Shown in pieces: positions 36,047 through 46,702 of a stretch of DNA of 64,000 nucleotides; position 1 is the stretch's first letter; each line of letters starts with the position of its first letter. This DNA comes from a virus. The translations under genes were made by a program, and so were the position numbers. Where the stretch lies: positions 1-64,000 of the IMG/VR virus record IMGVR_UViG_3300035703_000059; one strand, written 5' to 3'. A model generated the notes under the pieces. It saw nothing but the letters and a program-made list of their open reading frames with translations, did not search any database and had not been told where the DNA came from.

Positions 36047-36328
36047 ATGGCAGCCAAGAAGAAGAGGAAGTCCTCGTCGAAACGCAAGATGACGGAGGCG
36101 CAGTACCGCGCTGCCGTGCGCGCAGGACGTATCGTTCCGGCCAACTACCAAGCGGCCGTGATGGCCGACGTTGATGACGAGTGGAACCGGGCCGTGCGCC
36201 GGCAGCAGGGCGTCGGCGGGCTTACCAGCCCCGACGGCGTCATGGGATTGGCCGTCGGCGCGGTGATCGGAATCGTGGGCGCGCTCCTGTGGAAAGCGTC
36301 GAGCGACATCGCGAAGAAAGACGCGTAG
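36047..36328 (+). CDS. Basic N-terminus, C-terminal TM protein
   Basis: Start context AGGAGTCATCG-ATG. MAAKKKRKSSSKRK. Confidence 0.7.
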   Translation: MAAKKKRKSSSKRKMTEAQYRAAVRAGRIVPANYQAAVMADVDDEWNRAVRRQQGVGGLTSPDGVMGLAVGAVIGIVGALLWKASSDIAKKDA

Positions 36329-36355
36329 CAATCGCGCAACCGGCCGGGAGAAACG

Positions 36356-36399
36356 AAAAAAGGGGGGCGACGGCGAAAGATGCCGTCGCCCCCCGTTTC
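36356..36399. terminator. Terminator hairpin at the convergence of the two genome arms
   Basis: A-run, then GGGGGGCGACGGC-gaaagat-GCCGTCGCCCCCC, then GTTT. The U-tract is stronger on the - strand. Confidence 0.85.
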
Positions 36400-36412
36400 C
36401 TTCGATGCCGTT

Positions 36413-36703
36413 CTACTCGCCGAGTTCGTAGGGGCCGTCGGACGCGCGCACGAACTCCGGCGCGTAGTACCGATACCGGCGGACCATCGAGGTCATGCCT
36501 TCCGGCACGAAGTATTCGAAGCGCCGCGCGAGGAGCCGGCGCTTGACCAGTTCGTTCGCGCGCTGGGCGAGGCCGCGCTTGGTGCGCGTGCCTGCGGTCT
36601 GAGCAGCGAGGACGTCGTAAGCCTCATCGATGGTGATGCCGACAACGCCGGTCGCACGGGTGGCGTCGAGGAAGATGGGGTCGATGATCGAGATTCGGGC
36701 CAT
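36413..36703 (-). CDS. Hypothetical (winged-helix-like?) protein coupled to the recombinase
   Basis: MARISIIDP... starts 2 nt after the recombinase stop. Confidence 0.6.
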   Translation of the reverse strand: MARISIIDPIFLDATRATGVVGITIDEAYDVLAAQTAGTRTKRGLAQRANELVKRRLLARRFEYFVPEGMTSMVRRYRYYAPEFVRASDGPYELGE

Positions 36704-36704
36704 G

Positions 36705-37697
36705 TTACTTTCTCCGCAGCACGTCGGCCGCGCTGCCTTTCGTGAAGGGGTTGTTTCGGCGGTCGTACATCTCAAGGGTTTCGGTTCGCTTGTGGCCGGT
36801 GGTCTGCATCGTGGCGCTGTCGGCGACGCCGCGCGCACGGGCCTCGGTGACGTGTCCGGCGCGCAGGCTGTGGCCGCTGAACGTGGTGCCGTCGAGTCCG
36901 GCGCGGTCGGCCGTGCTTTTGACGATGAGGGCGACGCTCTGCGGTGAGAGCGCCTTCGCGCGCACCCCGCCCTCGCGGGCAAGGGGGCGGAACACCGGGC
37001 CGTTCGCGATGCCAGCCTCTCGCATCCAAGCGGCGAGGGCGGACGCCGCGCAGGTCGGGCCGCCGATGTAGGGGATCGCCTTGTCGAGTCCGGCGCCCCG
37101 CTGGTCGGTCTTGGACCGGCGCACCGTGACGACGACGCCCTCCTGCGACCATCGAAGGTCGCGGGCTTCCAGCGCGCACAGTTCGGACCGGCGGAACGCC
37201 CCGGCGTAACCGACGAGCAAGATCGCCCGCGCGCGCCGGGCCTCAAGGTCGGTCCGGTCGCCGAACGTGGCGACCATCGCTTCGATGGCGTCGAACGTCG
37301 CAGGCGCCTTCGCCTCGACGCGGATGCCGAACGTGGCCTCGACGCCCTTCATGGCCGTCTTGACCGCCTCGGTCGAGCAGGGGTTCGGCAGGCTCTTGAC
37401 CCCGTGCATCTTGCCGATGGCCGCGAGCCGCCGCCGCAGGGACGACGGCTTGAGGGTGTCGGCCCGCGCGACGAGGTAGGCGACGACGGTGCGCGGGTCG
37501 GCGGGCAGGTTGGAGCTTCGATGCTCGCGGCAGAAGTCCGAGAAGTCCGCCCAATCGGCCCGGTACGCCCGCTGCGTGTTCTTCGGCACCGCGCGCTCGA
37601 CGTAGCCGCGCGCGGCCTCAAGAGCGGGCGCGAGGGCGGCGAGGTCGGCGGTCGGCACGGGGCCGGAGAGAACGAGCGCGTCGGGTTTCTTGGGCAT
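36705..37697 (-). CDS. Tyrosine recombinase (Cre-like integrase/resolvase)
   Basis: SAM domain NTQRAYRADW. Catalytic motifs AFRRSEL, SKTDQ, GHSLRAG, TGHK and MYDR. Confidence 0.95.
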   Translation of the reverse strand: MPKKPDALVLSGPVPTADLAALAPALEAARGYVERAVPKNTQRAYRADWADFSDFCREHRSSNLPADPRTVVAYLVARADTLKPSSLRRRLAAIGKMHGVKSLPNPCSTEAVKTAMKGVEATFGIRVEAKAPATFDAIEAMVATFGDRTDLEARRARAILLVGYAGAFRRSELCALEARDLRWSQEGVVVTVRRSKTDQRGAGLDKAIPYIGGPTCAASALAAWMREAGIANGPVFRPLAREGGVRAKALSPQSVALIVKSTADRAGLDGTTFSGHSLRAGHVTEARARGVADSATMQTTGHKRTETLEMYDRRNNPFTKGSAADVLRRK

Positions 37698-38031
37698 GAC
37701 GAACCTCGGAAAAGAGGGGGGCGACGCGAGTCGGAGGGGTGAGGGCAGCGGTGGATTCACGCGCCGCCAACCGACCCACGTCGCCCCCTTTGCGGGCTAC
37801 GGGAAAAGGATGGCGTACAGGATGCCAAGCACCGTGACAACGCCGATTACGGTCCCGGCGTCGGGGCCGGTCGGGGGGAAGTCCATCGCGAGGGCAACGG
37901 TCCGCGCCCATCGAAGGCGGCGCTCTTCGGGAGTCAGTTCGTCAGTTCGTCGGTCGGTCGGCATGGTCGTTCCCTTCGGGGAGGGGTCCAGCGGGGGGCG
38001 GGGCTGCCCCGGCCGCTGACCGGCCTCGCTA

Positions 38032-38060
38032 GTGATAACACCGCTTATCGCTACTGACAA
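38032..38060 (-). promoter_or_regulatory. sigma70-like promoter toward the recombinase
   Basis: TTGTCA-17 nt-TATCAC on the - strand, in an AT-richer gap. Confidence 0.55.
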
Positions 38061-38120
38061 GCAAGACCCCTTGCCTGCCAGCCCCCAGCCGGGGGCTTCT
38101 GTTCGTGCGTTCAGTTCGGG

Positions 38121-39614
38121 TTAGCCGGCGCGGAAGGACGCGCAGACGACACCCGGCGCGATGCCGTCTGCCGCTGTGCCGACCAGTTCGACCGCCACCT
38201 TGGCCGGGTCGCTGATCCACGAGCTAGAGCTGTATCCGACGCGCTCGACGCATTGGTCGCGGTAGTCCCACCGCTCGCCCCAAGCGTTGTAGTGGTGCTT
38301 CTCCTTGTTGGGCGCCCCCTTTACGCTGCCATCGCTGGGATGCATCTTGCGGGCAGTCTCCTCATCGGGGGCGGCGACGACGGCGCTTTCGTAGGTGTCA
38401 TAGCCGCGTGCGGTGCTGTGGATTCGGTACAGGTTCATCGATTCTCTCCTCGCGTCTTGCCGACGCGCTCGTACAGGGGTTTGCCGTTCGCGTCGACGTC
38501 GTCCGTGATGACGTAGACGCCGAACGGCGTCTGAATCTCCTCCGGCGGGTTCGCCGGCAGTCCGTGTGCCTCAATCCACCGGAGCCAATCGTTCGGCGTC
38601 CAAAGAGCGGTGCAGACCGGAGGAACCGGGAATCGAAGGTTCACGGCGTCTCCTTGAGCGCCTCGCGCGCGTCGATGGTGTCCTGCACCCGATTGACGAT
38701 GGCGGTCAGTTCGTCGGCGACCTCGGCGAGACGGAACATCCTCTGTCGATGCTCGTCGAGCGCCGCCTGCCACGCGACGACGCCCTGCGGGTAGTAGTCG
38801 CGATGGTTCGGTGCGTTCATGGCAATCGCGCGGATCGCGTCCCGCACGGCGACGAGCGCATCCTCGTACCCGTCGCGCAGCGCCTCTGCCGACGTGCCGT
38901 TCAAGTGAATGGTCGGGTGAATCATCTCAGTCCTCCTTCTGTGTCTCGGTGGCCCACGTCACCGATATGTATGTCGCCGCCGCTACCAGCCCGGCGATGA
39001 ACGCCTTTTGCTCCTCCTTCGATGCGAACCGATACCGTTTCGTCGGGAGCCACGCCCCGTTGAACCTGTCGACATCGACCTTGAATGGCCGCACCGCCCG
39101 CTTCTTTGCTGCGGGGGCCGCGCGCACACTCTTCTCCGCCATCACCACTCCTCACCAGCGGGGCTGTTCAGCCACCGCTCCGTCATCTCGCGCTCGCGCT
39201 CGCGGGCGCCTTTGAGCCACCGCATCCGTTCGATGTCGTTCGCCAATCGAACCTCGTCCGGTCGCGCGGTGACGACCGTCGACATCCGCTGCATGAGTTC
39301 GGTCTGCACCAGCACGCCGCCGGCATAGACGCTGCCTTCGAAGGTGCCTACCGCCCCGGCGTGAGGACCGGAGCCGGTGACGACCACGACATCCCCGGCC
39401 TCCAGTTCGTTCCCCGCTGCATCGATGACCTGCATCAGTTCCACACTCCCGACGCCGCCGCCTCGCGAACGGCATCCCACATCCGCGCTTCCAGCAGCGC
39501 GTGAAGCCTCAGTTGTTCCAGCGTCTCCGCAGAGAGGTGGTCCGCGTTCGCGCATCGCTCTCCGCAGAACGTCCCCGTCGTCGTCGGCTTGCTGCACACC
39601 AAGCACTCAAACAT
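38121..39614 (-). CDS. Run of six small hypothetical ORFs (38121-38438, 38435-38644, 38641-38925, 38927-39142, 39142-39435, 39435-39614)
   Basis: Overlapping stop/start junctions. The 39435-39614 ORF (MFECLVC...FCGERC, 59-aa Zn finger) is below the ORF-track cutoff and was found from its GGAGGCTTCG-ATG start. Confidence 0.65.
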
Positions 39615-39657
39615 CGAAGCCTCCTCGCGGCGCGTGGCCGCTTCCTGTGGTGGTCCG

Positions 39658-40767
39658 TTAGGCCGACGCGAACTCCACGTCGAGCCGCGCCTCTGCCCGC
39701 ATCTGGCGATGGCTCTGGTGGTTCCAATCCTTCAAGACGTTGACGGGCATGACGACCGCGACCTCGCCGTTCTGGCCTTCGATGACCAGCGGCTCGCGCG
39801 GCGAGCGGTAGACCACCGACACCCGTTCGCCCGGCGGCACCGCGAGGGCGAGGTACTGCTTGTTGACGCGCAGCCACTCCTCGTCGGCGAACTGTACGAA
39901 CTCCTCGTTGCCCCCGACGACGCCTTCGATGTGGACGGGCGGCGTCGGCGAGTCGCTGAAGAACGCCGCACGGTCGGGGCGAAGCGAGAGGTTCAGCACG
40001 CGCGTCTTCTCACGGGTGTTCGCCGGCAGCGGCTTGCCATCGGGGTCATGCGTCGTCGCGGCTTCGACGGCCGAGAGGAGATCGGCCGGCGTCGTGTCGA
40101 GGTGGACCGTCTCATCGTGCTGGCGGTACAGGGGAACGGTCGAGGAGAAGATGTCGACGAGGCCCATCGGCATCGTGTCCGTCTTCTCCGCGCGGACCGA
40201 GAGCCGCGCTTCGATGGGGCCGCCCCGGATGAGGAGCGAGACGAGGCGCGAGTCGCGCGAGAGGCGGATGGTCGTCTGCCTCGGTGCCAGCGTGAACAGG
40301 CGGACGAACAGCGCGAGCATCCCACCCGGCACGCGGAACGTCGGGAAGTCGGACGGCACGCCGCACGGCGCCGTGTGAAGCCGCTTGCCGTCGCTGACGT
40401 ACATCCGCCCCGCGTGAACGTAGACGCTGAACAACATATCGGTGCCGAGTTCGAAGAAGTCCTTTCGAGCCTCGGCGCCCTCGGTGTAGGCCCACGCGGA
40501 GACGAACGGGATGACATCGACGGCCACGGCGTCGTGCGGCGCGGGGCCGAGAGACGAGACACCGGGCGACGACTCGACGGCGAACACCTTGGGCTTCGAC
40601 CGCATGAACTCCGGCAGCGCATCGATGTCGCCGCGAAGCCGAAGCTCCGCGCGCGGCTCGCCGGGGGCGAACTCGTCGCCCATGACCAAATCGATGCCGT
40701 CGTCGGCGACGACCGCCGTGACCTGCCCGACACCCGTGAATCCCTTGAACAGCTTGTCAGCCTTCAT
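39658..40767 (-). CDS. Divergent DNA sliding clamp (DnaN/beta-clamp-like)
   Basis: 369 aa. YVSDGKRL (cf. ATDGHRL), VNKQYL and terminal PLVIEG...AVVMPV, typical of beta clamps. Confidence 0.7.
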   Translation of the reverse strand: MKADKLFKGFTGVGQVTAVVADDGIDLVMGDEFAPGEPRAELRLRGDIDALPEFMRSKPKVFAVESSPGVSSLGPAPHDAVAVDVIPFVSAWAYTEGAEARKDFFELGTDMLFSVYVHAGRMYVSDGKRLHTAPCGVPSDFPTFRVPGGMLALFVRLFTLAPRQTTIRLSRDSRLVSLLIRGGPIEARLSVRAEKTDTMPMGLVDIFSSTVPLYRQHDETVHLDTTPADLLSAVEAATTHDPDGKPLPANTREKTRVLNLSLRPDRAAFFSDSPTPPVHIEGVVGGNEEFVQFADEEWLRVNKQYLALAVPPGERVSVVYRSPREPLVIEGQNGEVAVVMPVNVLKDWNHQSHRQMRAEARLDVEFASA

Positions 40768-43700
40768 CGGTCATATCCTCTCGCGCACGCTGGCGCTGAA
40801 ACTTGCCCCACGTCTTTGCGGCAGCCTCGTTGAAGGCCGCCGGGTCTGCTTCCATCTGAAGGGCGACGGTTAGTCCGTACACGTCGTCCCACTTGAGCCG
40901 GAGCGGCTTCGCCTCGCCTGTCTCGACGAACGCGTGCCACAGCTCCTCGGCCCACTCACGGCCGACCGTCTTGGATTCTCTGAGCGTCAGCATCGAAGCC
41001 TCACGTCGGATAGATGCCGGAGTACCAAGAGGTCGCCTGCTCCGCGAATACCCCGTGAGGCAAGAGCGCGGCCATGACGGCTTCGATGCCGCGCGCGTAG
41101 CCGTAGTCCCAGTTGAAATAGGGCGCGTGGTCGCCGCCGTCGTGGACGACGATCAACACGGCGTTCTGCGCGTAGTCCTCGCCACGCTCCCGCCACTCGG
41201 CCGGCGAATAGAACGCCTTGCATCCCCCGGTGTCGAGCGCGTTCCGCTTCTCCAACAGCGCGACGATGGCGTTGTACGCGGCCACGCCCTTCGCACACAG
41301 CCCTTCCGGCATCTCCAGTTCTTTACGCATCGATTCTCTCCTACTGCCCGATGAGGGCGATGGTCCCGTCGACCGAGACGTGTCCCGCGCGTTCGATAGC
41401 CTCGATGAGTTCGGGCGATGCCGTGAAGGGCTTGCCCAAGTAAAGAAGGTGGTGGCTGTACGCGCCGCCCGCGTGAACCGCGAAGAGGCCGTCGCCCGTG
41501 TTGAGATCGACGCGCGCGATGGCGTCGTCGGCTTGAATGAGGGCCAGCCTGTCCGTGGGCTTGCGCGGATAGACGACGCACTCGCGGACCTTGCGCGTGC
41601 CGGGGAACTTGACCGTAACCTTGTCGAAGCGTGCCATCGATGTCTCCTCGCGGGGCGCGCTTCGATGCGCGCTCCCGCTTCCTGTGAATGTTGAACGTGC
41701 CGAACTAGCCGTCGCCGTACCGGGAGAAGTTGATGAGTCTCAACTCCTCTCCGTTCGCGTCGGTCCACGCGATCTGTTCCGGCGTGTAGTCGACGAAGAA
41801 CTCATCGTCGGTGTCGCCTTTGCGCGTCGAGGCGTAGCCCAGCGCAAACCGCTTCGCATCGATGCCGTCGACCGTATCGGCCGTTCCAAGCGCGCCGACG
41901 AGACGCATCCCCGGCGTGTTCGGGCCGAAGATCTCTTTGCCGTTGTCCCGCACGACGACCTCGACTGCGGCAGCGCCGCGCTCATCGAAGCCCGTCTGGA
42001 ACATCTCGATCACCATCCCCTTGCGGGGCTTCAGCACTACCACTCGCTCGCGCATCATCGCGCCTCCTCCTCTCGCAGTACCTCGGCTTCAGCCGCCGAA
42101 ATTCGCTTCTCACCGCACGGCTCGTTCCACGAACAATACGCGCAGAGCGCATAGCCAACGGTGTCCTTCTTGCAGCCGCAGGGACACTCGCATCGATGTT
42201 CGTGGTAGCCCGGCTTCGCGTGCAGCCGGTACGCCTCGTAGAACTCCATCCCGTTCTTGATCGCCTTCCGTAGATTGCGGTGGCAGTCACAACGCTTCGC
42301 CATCGATGCCTCCTAGTGGCAGACGCAGAGTTCGTTCAGCTTGCTCTTCGCCGACGCCACGGCCTCTTCGACCAGCCCGTATTCGCGGGCAGCTTCCTCG
42401 ACCGTCTCCAGCTTCACCCAGCCCTCGCACTCGATGCCTCCGATAGACGCGCGGCCAAGTTCGACCCCGTTGCGCCACGCCTCGACCGTGACGACGATGC
42501 CGAACAGGTCGCCGGCAGCGAGCTTCGATGCCGCCATGCGCGCGTCGTCCAGCGCATCGCGCCACGCCTCTTGCTCGGAGATGCCGTTACTCATCCGCCA
42601 CTTGACCCGCTCCTCGATCTCGTAGACCGCGAACCAGCCCCAAGCGCGATGCGACGTGCGCTCCCACGACGGCGACCCCTCGCCCCGGTCCACCTTGCGC
42701 CACGCGTCCGGGTTACGGATGAGGAAGGCGCCCTCCGGCGCGTTCTTCTCCTCGCAGAAGACCCCGTAGTGCGAGTAGTCCCACGACTCATCGTAGTCCC
42801 ACGTCACCCGGACATCGAAGCCCTCGACCTCGGCCTTCAGCCCCTCGCGACCGCCGCGCCCCTTCATCTCTTCGAACTTGATCTCGGTGGTGTCCATCGA
42901 TTCACTCCTCCCCGTTCGTCGCGGGTTCCAAAAAGTCGACGTGGTAGAAGCCGCCGCCCGGTTCGTAGACCTCGCCTTCCCACTCGATGTCGACGTGCGG
43001 GCCGGACTTGAAGATCCGCGCCTCCGGTCCGACGTACCCGTATCGATACCGCTTGGTCGCCCGGTGTGTCGGCTCCGGCGCGAGCGCGAAACGAACGCGC
43101 AGCCCTCGCGGAAAGCGCGCCAGCGCCCGCGTGCAATCGCACGGGTCGTCTCGGTGCGGCCGAACCGCGATGCCGCACGCCTCGCAGCGCGGCGGGAACA
43201 CGTCATGCTGATAGCTCATCATCGCGCTGCCTCCTCTTCTTCGGCGCACTCCTCTTCGAACCCATCCGCGCTCAGAGCGAGGAGCGCATCGATGTCGATG
43301 CCCTCGCGCTTGCACAGGTGGCGCAGGTCGCAGAGAAGGTCGCAGGTGAAAGACTCGATCTCTTGGGTCCGGTCCGCCCCGACCAGCACATCGATGCTGT
43401 CGTTGTCGGCGTAGGCAATCACCGCACCCAGCGCGCGCTCCGCGCGGTCGTCGTTCGTAGGTGAACCCGACATCACTCCGCCTCCTCTTCCAGCGTGAGG
43501 CACGACGGCGGATAGCGCACCGTCGCCCCGTAGCTTCCAGCCAGCCGAACCGTCACCGTCTCCGGCGTCACATCGATGACCCGGCATCGCCGATTCAGCG
43601 GGTCAACCACCACCATTCCGACAACGAACGCTCCCATCGAAGCCTCCACCCGCGCACAACGCGCGACCGCTGGACCCTCGCGAGAAGGCCCAGCGGTCGA

Positions 43701-45143
43701 GCGGGGGCCGCGCGCAACCGCGCCGCCCCTCGCGTCGATCCCTCACTCCGCCGACGACCACGATTCGACGGCCATCGTTTCCTCGCGGCTGCGCTGCTCC
43801 GCACGCTCCGCCCGCTCCTGCTCGTAGGTGGCAACCAGCCGGCACGCGTCCGGCGCGTAGCACCATCGATTGGTCGGGCAGCGAAGGTTCTGCGGCAGGT
43901 CCGACACCCACGCGTGCTGCTTCCGATTCCCGTAGCCGCTGCCCGTCCAGTAGACCGGCGAGAAGGGGACGCCCGCCGCCTTCAGCGCGCCCAGCCAGCC
44001 CAGCAGGTTCGTGTCGTACTGCTCGATGTCGAGCGCCTTCAGCACGTCGAGGTGCCGCTTGACGGCATCGATGGTCGCTCGCGTCTGCTCGCGGAACGTC
44101 GCGGCGTAGGGCGCCGAGTACGGCGCACCGCCGACATCCCAGAACGGACCGTGCGCCGTCGAGGCGCGCAGGTCGAGAACCTCCGACACATACTTTCCGT
44201 TGTCGTTACGGTCGAGGCGATGACGCTGGAAGGAAACGTAGATGCTCGACTCGTAGCGGTCCGACTCGTGAGGGAACTTGATCGTCACGGTGTCGTAGTC
44301 GTTCGTCGCGTCGGCGTTGATGATGATCTCCGCCGAATGAAACCCCAGCTTCGCCAACTTGTTCTTCGTAGCCATCGATGCCTCCTAGTTGATTCCGCAA
44401 TACGCGGCGATGTGACCTTCGGGAATACGAACGAGAACGCGCCAGCCGGCACGAACGTCTTTCGCCTTCGATGGCGGAAGGTGCGCGAGGAAGTCGCCGA
44501 TGTTGTCCTCGCTCTGAAGGTAGAGGAGCGCTTCGCCGGAGAGCGGCGGGGCGTCCATCAGCTTGCGGAGCCGCCGTCCCGCCTTGTCCGACTTCGGCTC
44601 TATCTCGACGTGACCGAACCTGTTTTGCTCGACGATGACCAGCATCGATGCCTCCTAGCGTGACCGAATGATGTGGTGGAAGATGTGCGCGACAAGCTGC
44701 GCCTTCGACTCGACGGAAAGCGCATCGAATCCGTCGCGGACCGACTCGTAGGTGGGCGGCGGCGGAGCCGCCGGACCGATGCCGTTCGCCCGAAGAATGA
44801 CGGAGAGCGCTTCGGGATCGCGCGTCTGCATCGCCTTGATGAGATCCGTCCAGTTGAGGCGGAGAGAGGCAGCGACCGCCTCTGCCGTGACCGGAGCATC
44901 GATGGGGACGCCCGCGTGATTCAGACACGAACGCAACGCCAGCGGGTCCGTGTCCTGCATCTCTTTGAGAAGGTCGGTCCAATCGTAGGACGCCACCACG
45001 TCGGCCACGTCATACACGTTATCGATGCCAACGCTCGACGCCTCGACTATCTCCCGAATGTCGCTCCCGTCGAAATCGTACAGGTCGCTCGCGTCAATCT
45101 CGACTTCCACTTCGACCGTCTTCGTAAAAAGGGGGCGGCCCAT
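40757..45143 (-). CDS. Array of about 12 small early hypothetical ORFs (40757-40993, 41001-41330, 41341-41637, 41705-42058, 42055-42303, 42313-42897, 42902-43222, 43219-43473, 43473-43637, 43743-44375, 44385-44645, 44655-45143)
   Basis: Tightly packed co-oriented ORFs. Most start with GGAG(N)n-(A/T)TCG-ATG. Confidence 0.7.
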
Positions 45144-45261
45144 CGATTCTCTCCTCGCCGCGTGATGCGGCTTCCGTGAAACGTCCAACCGTTTCCGTCA
45201 GACCCCAACCATCGATGGCCGGAGGCTGACGGAAACGGCGCGCGGATGCGCGCCGGTCCCC

Positions 45262-46572
45262 TTACGCCGCGAGAGCGAGTTCCACCTTGCGAACGAGATT
45301 CTTGTCGGTGAGGAGCGACCCGGCTTCACGCTCCACCGCGTCGGCATCGAAGGCGCCGCGCCACCGGAAGCCTTCGTGAACGGAACGCGTCACCGCGTTC
45401 ACCACGTCGGCGCGCGTGAACCCCGGCTCCTCCATCCAAGCGGATAGAAGGCCAGCCGCCACCTCGGTTTCCTTTCCGGGGAGCGAGAGGATCTTCGCCT
45501 TCGATAGCCCTTCGAAGAACCGATTGGCCGGCATCCCGTCGGTCAGAAGGATCTCGGACCGTGCCTGTCCCCAATCGTGCCGGAACGCGCCGAACTTCAC
45601 TTCGGCTTCGGCGAACGCCGACGCCAGCGCGACGTGAATCTCGGTCGGGGCGCCGACGTGCTTCAGCGAGAACAACGCGTGCTTCAGTTGGCCGATGACG
45701 ATGAGGTTCAAGCATCGATTCCGCCACGCCACAAGCTCGCCCGTGATGGCGCCCTCGCGAACGTCGTTCGCGCGGAGCCTCAGACCGATCTTGAAAACGT
45801 CACCGGCCGCCAGATCCACCACTTGATCCGGCATCGAGAGGAAGTCGAGCGCCAGCCGCTCGCCGTCGTATCGAACGTCGCCCTTCCACGTCTGCATCAG
45901 ATCGGCCGACGACGAGAGGAGCGACGCTAGAACCATGTCGGCATCGAAGGCCGTGTATTTCGTAGAGGCGATCCGGTACACCTCCGGCCGTTCCAGCGTC
46001 CGCCCATCGATACCCACCTCGCGATAGGCCGCCACAAGCTGCTTCGACTCGCGAGGCAGGTAGTCGTTCAACATCGCCGCACGGACCGCGAGCGAAGCGT
46101 GCGGGGCGTGCGCCGCCGCGAACCGGGGCGCGTCGGGACAAAGGCCGAAGGCGTGTTCCCATGCCGTCGGCGTCAGATCCACGTCCATCCCGTTCAACGT
46201 CACCGCGCCCGTTTTGGCATCGAAGCCGACGAGGCTCAGATCCATCTCGGTTTCGGCGCGATTCTCCCGCTGAATCGCCTTCAGCCGGTCATAAGCCGCC
46301 GTCGCGCCGTCGGGCATCGAGTCGATCTTTCGCCGCTCGATAGTGAAGTTACGGACGCCGGTTTCGTTCACGCGCGACCCGGCCGGATAGATTGGGTCCG
46401 TCCGCGCCGCCGCCTCCTCGCCGAAAGTCTCGACAAGCGCGCGACGCTGGCGAGCGATACGCGCCGCCGCCACCGTCGAAACCGTGCCAGCCTCGCCCGT
46501 CATGGTAACAGGCGACTTCGCCTTGCCCTTCGCGCCGCCCACGATCTCGCCGTTCGTTTTGACGATCTGCAT
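45262..46572 (-). CDS. DUF932-like protein
   Basis: YRIASTKYTAFD...GLRLRAND...AWRNRCLN...LKHVG follows the DUF932 layout. Confidence 0.65.
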   Translation of the reverse strand: MQIVKTNGEIVGGAKGKAKSPVTMTGEAGTVSTVAAARIARQRRALVETFGEEAAARTDPIYPAGSRVNETGVRNFTIERRKIDSMPDGATAAYDRLKAIQRENRAETEMDLSLVGFDAKTGAVTLNGMDVDLTPTAWEHAFGLCPDAPRFAAAHAPHASLAVRAAMLNDYLPRESKQLVAAYREVGIDGRTLERPEVYRIASTKYTAFDADMVLASLLSSSADLMQTWKGDVRYDGERLALDFLSMPDQVVDLAAGDVFKIGLRLRANDVREGAITGELVAWRNRCLNLIVIGQLKHALFSLKHVGAPTEIHVALASAFAEAEVKFGAFRHDWGQARSEILLTDGMPANRFFEGLSKAKILSLPGKETEVAAGLLSAWMEEPGFTRADVVNAVTRSVHEGFRWRGAFDADAVEREAGSLLTDKNLVRKVELALAA

Positions 46573-46702
46573 CGATTCACCCCTTGCGCGTCAAGCGCGC
46601 AAAACACGGACCCTCGCCCGTTGAAAGCGTCCCGGCCGACCGAGGCGCTTTCGACGGACGGCGGGGAGCGCGCGCAACGCGCCCCCGCTCGTCCTTCGAT
46701 TC

